Part shown: piece after piece, positions 37,019-45,145 of the stretch
Position numbering within the stretch: the first letter of the stretch is position 1
How the letters are laid out: every line of letters begins with the position of its first letter
From: Dimorphilus gyrociliatus
Lineage: Eukaryota; Animalia; Annelida
Length of the DNA stretch: 45,145 nt
Direction of reading: 5' to 3'
NCBI GenBank assembly: GCA_904063045.1
Contig: CAJFCJ010000090.1
Location: forward strand, 51,967-97,111
The notes under the pieces: generated by a model
The model's input: only the letters and a program-made list of their open reading frames with translations
Database searches by the model: none
Told to the model about the DNA's origin: nothing
Translations under genes and position numbers: made by a program

Positions 37019-37590
37019 GAATAGGGGTGAAACCGTACCCGAATGAAACCGTACCTGGGCTAAATCGTACCCATTGTGGGTGAAATCGTACCTGGATGAA
37101 GTTTTAACTGTCAACATGAGAAAATTAAGAAATGAAATAATTAATTTATTTGTTTTAACAAATATGTCATATACAAGTACCGGTTTTTTTCAGGAGAGGA
37201 CTGGAGAGACCTGAGGAAGTTGATGGTTTTACTTTTTCTACTTGCAGATATTATTACTCCTACATGTTTTAGCTTGAAGAGTCAGCTGGAAGAAAAGAGA
37301 AAATTTTCAGATTTGCTGGAATATTTTGAAAATACTTGGATTTTGAATTCTATTGGTCAATCTTTGGATTATTAATGTTGACTAATAATAGTTTGGAAGG
37401 ATGGCACAATAGAATGAATAATAAAGTACAATCAAAAGGATCATTCTATTTGTTGATTGATGAATTGAAAAGAGAGGCTGATTTTAATCATATTTTTTTA
37501 TTTCCATATGTATCAACAGCAACAGTTTTACTTGGTCATAACAAGAGATTCACCCCTATTGGGTACAGATTCACCCCTAATGGATACACC
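37019..37590 (+). mobile_element. Internally deleted MULE derivative of the 18081..21408 family
   Basis: TIR gaataggggtgaaaccgtaccc with sub-repeats; right end gggtacagattcacccct; 9-bp flanking repeat ctaaaaaaa (37010..37018, 37591..37599; low complexity); transposase fragment TNNSLEGWHNRMNNKV. Confidence 0.8.
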
Positions 37591-38519
37591 CTAAAAAAAG
37601 TCTTCAACTTGAAATAAAAAAGTATAAATAACCTTGGATTCAATTAATATCAATTAGAGTTCATAGCTCTATTTATTAATTAATTTTAATATAGAAATTA
37701 AATTGTACACCAACCACCAAATTTAAAATCTTTGTTTCTGTGGCCAAGACATTGTCCTTATTTTTTCGTACAGCAATATTTAAATAATGTATATTTCAGT
37801 AATTTAATGAATTAAGCGTTAAAGTAAATAGCATGTAAACCTAATACTGAAATTTTTACAAAAGTTTTAAGTACATGGTGAACTTTCCAAGTAAATTCTC
37901 TCCAAAGTGAAAATTACTTGCAATTTCTTGCTTGGACAGGGTTAGTTTGTATTATAGTTAAAGATTATGGTTTTAAATTTTGATTAGAAGGTTTGAAAAA
38001 CATTTGTTTATAGATATCAATACTAATTTACAGCTTAATAAAAGTAGTTCACAATCAAAGTAGGTTTTATGAAAAGAGGTTGTTTTAAATCCAGTCATTG
38101 AGGTAGACTTTGGTTTGTTCAATGGTAAGTGGATAATAGACAATCTAACCCTTACTAATTCCACAGAATAAGATTTTTTGTATTACTACATGATAGACCT
38201 ATTAATCTGAATGTAATTTCTAACGCACTTCTCTCATTATTGTTAGATAACCACCCATTTTTAGTCATGTTTCCTCCATATACGACGTAATGGTTTTGAA
38301 TTATTATAATTAGTGTCCTAAAACTAGTACACATTTTTTACTTTTCTTTTCTACTCTTTTCGTGATTAAGATAAAAACTTGCAAATTTTCCAAAAAAGTT
38401 TTATTCATAATGAATTTAAAATATATGCTACAAATATTAATTTATTTCATAACAATGTCATAATACATTAAAAAACTAGAGTTCTTCTGGGTATATTTCG
38501 CTTATATTGGCCTGTCCTA

Positions 38520-39092
38520 ATGTCCACTCTTCATTTGAAACTTACCATCATGATGAAGAAGTTTATGTTTATCATTTTCCTCTTTGATATTGGATCTTGT
38601 TGGTCATGTAACTTCCATTCCAATGTTTGGCTTAATCTCAATGAAATAAAGAATTCCATGGTAAGGCTTAGAAGCAAATTAGCTCCTAATGGTCAAAAGC
38701 CTGAAGGAGTTCCAGGCTTATTGGGTGCGTGCCATTTAGTCTACAAGCCAAATGTAGAACAAGTTCAGCAGCTGTTGAACACTATCAGATGGAATTTGGA
38801 GGAGTGCATTATTATTGGAAAACAGATAAAGCAAAAAAAATATGCTTTCTTTCATTTGTCTATATCTTCACCACTTTGTAATGTGGAAAGGACTATTTGG
38901 CCAACAACTCGACACTATGAATGTAAAGATTTTGGCAAGAAAGGTTTTAAAGACCATTATCTCTCTGCTGGTGCTGATCGAAGATTATATGACAATCTTA
39001 CAAACGTTATAGACGCTTTAAATAAAATGATCTATTTAAGAACTACAAAGCAATTAAACAAATTTTGGGCTACTGTACTCTCAGAAGCATAG
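38520..39092 (+). CDS. Intronless orphan secreted protein, about 190 aa, with a predicted signal peptide
   Basis: Open 190-codon ATG ORF of higher GC than its flanks; MMKKFMFIIFLFDIGSCWS signal-like leader; several Cys and amphipathic helical segments. No family recognised. Confidence 0.65.
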   Translation: MSTLHLKLTIMMKKFMFIIFLFDIGSCWSCNFHSNVWLNLNEIKNSMVRLRSKLAPNGQKPEGVPGLLGACHLVYKPNVEQVQQLLNTIRWNLEECIIIGKQIKQKKYAFFHLSISSPLCNVERTIWPTTRHYECKDFGKKGFKDHYLSAGADRRLYDNLTNVIDALNKMIYLRTTKQLNKFWATVLSEA

Positions 39093-39358
39093 AAAACCAT
39101 ATCCTTGAATAGTATTTCCGTTTTCAAATTGGATTAACATGGTTAAATTACCAGGTTGTCAAGACAATATTATAGGCCTACTAGGTTCTTAAGCAATGAA
39201 TGGCCGTACTATTTTTTCATTACTCTTTTTGAAAAGTAAAAATATTAGTAAGCTCTACTATTCATTGCGCTTATTTACCAGAATGTATTGAATGTTGGAG
39301 TTTATTTAACAATACAAATTACTTTTTCCCACACACACACACTCTCTTTCTCTCTGAT

Positions 39359-39889
39359 TTAAAAATATGCAATTCGTTTTTGTAAGATTTTTTTCACTAA
39401 ATTTCCAAAACTGAACAAATCCTTTCCAACGCTTCCTTCTTCTGCATTCCTAAGAAATTTTGATGACAAACTATACATTCTTCTCTTTCCTCCAATCTTT
39501 AAAGAATATTAACTTGTATTTTTTTATATCTATGATTTTACAATAAAAATACTTACATGAACTAAAATACTCATAAAATCAATCTTTCCATCATAGGAAA
39601 AATTGGAACAGTGAGCAGTTTTTAACAATTTAGAGATATCTTTAAAAAATCTATCAAGATTATTTATTTCATAAAAATTTGATGTGTTTTTTATATTATC
39701 ACAATAAAATATTAAATTATTCTCTAATAGGATATTCTCATTTCTTTGCAAGAATTCTACATCTAGAAACAAACAAAAATGGAAAATGATATTTCTATTT
39801 AAAATATTTGGCTGCAAAAAACTCAGCCTTATTAGATTTATTAACAATTTAAATGGGTAGTTTCAAGAACCATGTCAACTCGCTTCTGC
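39359..39889 (-). CDS. Gene D C-terminal pseudokinase-like domain (exons 39889..39846, 39762..39557, 39496..39359)
   Basis: YVEFLQRNENILL...FFKDISKLLKTAHCSNFSYDGKIDFMSILVH/IGGKRRMYSLSSKFLRNAEEGSVGKDLFSFGNLVKKILQKRIAYF*. KDLFSFG matches kinase subdomain IX. Confidence 0.75.
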
Positions 39890-42800
39890 CTAAAAGAATA
39901 ACAAAAATTAACTACTACCCTTTTAAACTCTTCGACAAAAGAAAAGAAGACAAAAAATCATTGTCGATTTTTTTTTTATCTTTTCCTAAACATCTGAAAA
40001 ATTCAATGTTTTCTGCTTTCTATACTTACAAATATTTTTCTCTCTTCCTCTTCATGGCGGAATAGTATGATTTTCCATCACGAAGAGTGTATAGCAGAGG
40101 ATTTATCACAGAATTTAATGGCAATATAATGATAACTATGGAAACGTAGATTTCTTTCTTTATCACTAAATTAAAGAATGCAGAGTATACTCCTATTATT
40201 TTAAAAGAGTAAATTCATCAGTATGACAAACATCAATATTTTAACTTTTAAAACGTAATGAAACTAAACCTAGAACAGAGATTGGAAACCAACAACATAA
40301 ATTCGAAGTAACAATTAGAAAGGCATTTAATTTAAATTTATTCTGTTGACATTTAAACTGATCTTCCTTAATCAATTCTCTTCCAACAAGCGTCTCTCTC
40401 CATATTCTTAGATATAATCCAAAGATGAAGAGGCATATTGCAGAGATTGATATTCCAAAGATTATAAACGAGAATAGCCAACCTTCAATTTTCTCACTCG
40501 ACATGTGAAGTGTAAAACATACTGCACTTCTTGAGTAGTAAGTCTGTAATTCGTTTGTTTGTCAATATAAAATCAATATTATTCTTGCTTACATCATAGA
40601 TAAACAATGGAAAAGTAGAGATAAATGCTGATAAAATGAATACAATTATCACCAGCAACATTGTTCGATTTGCAGTAAAAATTCTCTTAAAGGGATAAAT
40701 AATAATTATATATCTTTCTACTGTAATGAGAAGAAGACTAAGAGATGAGAGTAGAATAGACCAACTGCAAAACCATCCTAGAATAGTGCAAAATAGACCA
40801 TTTCTCCAATCATAGTCATTTTCAATATAATTTCCTCTGAAAAATAAATCAACACTTCCAACAATAATCAAATAGATTGACATACAAAAATCAGCGAGTG
40901 ACAAACTCAAATGAAACCAATTTTTCTGTTTCTTAGAGAGAATTCCTCTGAAAATCAATGATAAACAATTTTCAATGAAGCCAACTACTGCAAATATCCA
41001 CAAAATTGAACGAAGAGAATCAGATTCTAGTAGATCTGTACAAGAATTGAATACGGATTTTGTTGGATGACATTCCCTTATCTTTTTAGAATACTGCCAA
41101 GAAAAACAGCAAAATGAGAAATATTCACTGTACAATATTTCCAATGACTGCAAAGGTTTTATCAAAGTACTCTTATATTTTAAGGGAAGTTCAGTTCTTT
41201 TTAAAGATAAACTCTTCAGATTCGAGAGAGCGGAGAATGCATTTTTACTGAAATCATGAATAAATGAAAAATCAATAACTAGAGTTCTGAGTAGTTTCAA
41301 ATTCAAAAAGAATTTTTCACTCAAATAAGAGATGTCTGTAAATGTGAAATTGATAAATATCAAATATGGCGATTTTCTTAATGAAGTTTCAATGTTTGTC
41401 TTAATAATTCCACGATTTATGACGAAATTCTGAAGATTAATCATCGGATTAGAGAAGATAAGAGATAAATTGAAATCTTTGCAATTGATAAGAGAGAGAT
41501 AAACTAGATTTGGATAGGATTTTGATAGATGAAAATTGAGTAGAGTGGAATTATGAAACAAGAGAGAAGTAGTTGAAAAATCTTTTGAGGATGGAAAGTT
41601 TAAAAATGTTGATTTATGATAAATTTCAATATTTTTAAATTTTGCAAAAAATATTGCAGTTGGATTATTAAAGATATTTTTGAATGAACATTGAATTGAA
41701 TAGAATTGATTGCATTCACAATGATTAGGGCATGTGGCATTGAAATTGCAATATAATTCATCAGTTCCCATTTGACAATCAATTACTTGATTGCAGATAT
41801 CAGACAATGGAGTAAACGTTCTCTGATTCCTGCATTTTAGATATCCTCTTGGCCTAAAGTTGTCTGTTAATTAATTTATGAATGTTAAGAATGAATTTAA
41901 ATGAATAAGTGAAGAGAATTCCGTATCCCAAAACTCTCTTTTATAGCTTAAATAGTAATTTTAATGAATGGGAACAAGAGAAATTGGGATTTGAAAAGTA
42001 TTCCTCACTAAATATTAAAAAATTTTAGTACCGCAATTAATTTCATCATCATAATGAGTACATTGCGCAATTCCATCACAAATGTTTTTAATTGACAAAC
42101 AATATCCGGTATCTTTACACAAGTAATTGCCAACAGGACAAATTGTCTTATTACAATTTTCCAAAGCAAGGAAAGGAAAATGGACTTTTGTTAAAAGTTT
42201 ACCAGTAGAACTATACTCAACATGACATTGTTGAGTATTTATATATTTGAAATTCAAACAGTCTTCACTGTCTTGTGAATTTTGCTTTAATATTTCGCAA
42301 TAGCTCGTTTTCTCATCAGATTTATCAAAACAATCCATATGCATATCACAAATTTTCTCTCTTCCTATGCATTTATAATCGCATTCAAATTTCTTGAATT
42401 TCTTACATTCTACAAAAATTTTACTCTCTGTCAAGGTCAACGTCTCTCAAAAAGAATGATCTTATCATACCTTGTGTCCGCTGTTTGTCGATTGTAAAAT
42501 TATCATTGGTGCACTTTTCGTCACTTCCATCAAAACAGTGTTTTTCATCATCGCAAATGAATTTCTTACTAATACATTGAGCATTATCACAACTGTAATA
42601 TAATTATTTTTAAATGTTCTGATTATCACAATGTCAAGGTCATTTACTAATTTTCAGTGTCATTACATTGGAACGTCTCTAGAATATTTTAAAAAGGTGA
42701 ACGAAATTTTTTTGTTTTTTGCTTCTTACCGCAATTCAACTCGTCCAACTTATTAGAACAATCATTGATGTAATCGCATACAAATTGACTCGGTATTGCA

Positions 42801-44880
42801 GTATTTTCATTGCAGTAGAATAGATTTCCTATTGTTGAGCAATTGGACTCATCTTCACCAGAAAAGCAGTCTTCTATTCCATCGCAAACATTAATGGAAT
42901 TAATACAAATATTATCTTCTCTGCATTGAAAAAAATTGATTGGACAATCTAAAAAATCTTCATTTTCCACATCATTTGTCAGTGAAAAGTTGAAAGTATC
43001 TATTTGAAATATTTTCTTGATCACGTGATAAAATGAGAATTAAAGACTAACAAGGAGATTTACAAATGATTTCGGCAGTGAAGCTCCTATCGCAATTGAA
43101 CGAATGCATTGAGTACTTGAGTTGTTTTGACGCTTGAACATTTTTTATATAATAGCATTTGTAACTATCTTTATTATGGAAAAATTCTTCGAATGGTGTG
43201 GTTTTAGATAATTTAAGGCACGATTTCAAAAGTCTATAGAATTTTGATTGTTTGTCATTAAAAATGATTTTGTATTGTTTGTCACCTGGATGAAAAATTA
43301 ATTGTAAAACCATAGAAATTGTATGGTTTGTTATCGCTGTAGACAAGATGATTAAAACCTTTCGTATCAGTGATTGTACTCAACTCTGCAAATATTATTG
43401 CAATCAACCGTTTTTTTTAAATATATTTTAACCTACTTCCAGGTATTTTTTGTAAATTGTCCGCAAAGTTATAAAATGCATTTCCGGTTGCGTAATTAAT
43501 AAATTCGAAATCTTGGTGTGAAATATAAGAGAAAGTTGAATTATATTTTCGACATTCATTTAAAGCATTATTAATTGACAACGAATATTCATATTTAATC
43601 TGGAAATAGCATCCGCCATTAAAATGGAATGATTTTGGATTAAGGCAATAAGTTTCTGTAAACAAAACATTAGGAAAAGAAAAATTTCACATATTTTCCT
43701 TTCTAAACTAACTATCATTATTATTGCATTCAAGAAGATAAGAGTCAAACATATCAGGCCTACTGAATCGACTAAAAATAGCAGAAAAAAAGGATGAAAA
43801 ACAACAATTCTCTAAAAGAATAATATGAAAACCTCTTTTCAGCTACATGAAAAGAAATATTACATTGAGTAGTGTTAATTGAGTAGCTTGGACATTTTAT
43901 TTTAAAATCATAGTTAGAATTTAATCTTAATTGATATGATTTCTTTCCAGATTTCAATCTACCGTTTTTAAAACCAAATGATCTGCAAATGCTAAAAGTT
44001 TCCATACTCTTCAATTCATCCATTGAAGATTTGTACCAGGCTCTTTTGTAATATATTAATAATGATCCAGTAAATTTATCGTCACGTGACTCCACCTCTC
44101 TATGTGAGAGTAGATAACTCGTTTCATTGTGATAGAGTAAAAATGTATAATCTGGAATGTTTTTGCAGTAGACTGCAGGTATAAATCCTCTATCAAATTT
44201 GTCATATAATTGGCATTCTTCCAATAATTTTTTATCCCATTTGCATAATCTCAATGAAGGCGCCAAGAAATTTTCTATGTAATAACTTATTTCCGGACAT
44301 TTTTCACCTGAACTTTTCGAAAAAGTATATAAAATTGCTCTACCTGGAAGAGCAGCACTTCCGGTAATACTGCAAATTATTTGTGAAATTTCAATAATTT
44401 TCGAAATATCTTGAAAGATCATTGGAAAGTAACCATAAGTTTTTGATATGTAAATATATGATCTTCTCCCTTCCAACTTTCTTTTGAATTGGAACAACTG
44501 TTCAAAATCCGACATGAATCTTAGTGATAAATCTATACTTTAATTGAATTTGTCAATAGTGTCTGCTATTTGAATTTTTTGAGTACTTTATCCTAACGAA
44601 CCATTAAAATCTTGTTTTTTACAGAGTATTAACTCGTACGATGACGCTTCATTTAAATTTATTAATTGCAGTTTTAATGCAGTACGATTTGAATTATCAA
44701 CTGAAAATATTTTTTTCTGAAACTGCAAAGAGTATCTATCGTTTTTGTAGAATTGAATTTTGTCACAAATTTGAATAATCTTCTTTGTCTTTTTCTTCGA
44801 TAGTAAATACGTCTTTTGCTTATATCGAATTAATAGTTGATACAACTCATTATGAGTTGTCAGTACTGCAAATAAAACTG
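39359..44880 (-). CDS. Gene D: GRL101-like LGR GPCR with SRCR-like/CTL/LDLa/LRR ectodomain and pseudokinase-like tail; first exon not resolved
   Basis: SRCR-like (FTGSLLIYYKRAWY...ICRSFGF; ICSITG), CTL-like (FHFNGGCYF...ALNECRKYNSTF), six LDLa at about 43000..41760, LRR/TM1-4 ORF 40494..41807 (TVERY), TM6 TSNLCCWFP, TM7 NSVINPLLY; stop TAA 39359..39361. Confidence 0.85.
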
Positions 44881-45145
44881 CAAAGGAAAAAATGAATAGT
44901 TAGTTAATTTTGCAGTTTAAACTGGTTTTAAAATTAATTTCTTTTGGTTTTTGAGTAGTTTTAATTAACCAATTCTCTCTCTTTCTCCCTCTGCCCAAAA
45001 ACCAACTGCAATTTATTTTACATGGTAAATGCTTTTTAAAACATTTTAAACAAAATGCTGCCATTGGCTTTGATCCGAGTGATAAATCTCTTCTAAATAA
45101 GAAAAAAAGACAATTATTATCATTCTCTCTATCTATCTATCTTTA

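Noticed and set aside
37019-37095. Short spaced repeats (gaaaccgtaccc; also 18088..18125, 18450..18495, 19420..19462) as a CRISPR-like array
   Set aside because: Eukaryotic context, no unique spacers of constant length, no cas genes; they are sub-terminal repeats of Mutator TIRs.
37973-38340. Short minus-strand ORFs divergent from the secreted-protein gene
   Set aside because: Fragmented, about 60 aa each, no recognisable motif or splice model.

Overview
Very AT-rich eukaryotic (animal) genomic DNA with mostly short (about 60-85 nt) GT-AG introns, so the ORF track fragments the real genes. A compact-genome invertebrate, probably spiralian, is an inference. The window is a receptor/immune-type cluster. 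It holds four paralogous GRL101-like LGR-type GPCR genes: A (1..3057, +, 5'-truncated), B (3468..11862, +), C (23702..29877, -) and D (39359..about 44880, -). Their architecture is signal peptide, degenerate SRCR-like repeats, C-type-lectin-like domain, about six LDLa modules, LRRs and 7TM. The main result comes from manual splicing: in all four genes the frame does not stop after TM7/helix 8 but continues through three conserved small exons (44 nt phase 2-1; 206-212 nt phase 1-0; terminal exon) encoding a 120-135 aa truncated, catalytically dead protein-kinase-like domain (alphaE-H, degenerate catalytic loop, subdomain IX D-x-x-[SN]-[FY]-G). These are predicted GPCR-pseudokinase fusion receptors. 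Also present: one large intact NLR (NACHT plus RI-type LRRs) preceded in frame by a TM6/TM7-like remnant, decayed NLR/LRR pseudogenes, an intronless orphan peptide-type GPCR, an orphan secreted protein, a RING-H2 fragment, two Tc1 elements, a mariner relic, and four Mutator-family elements with 9-bp target-site duplications, including a nested stack. All gene models were built by eye and need RNA-seq or HMM confirmation.
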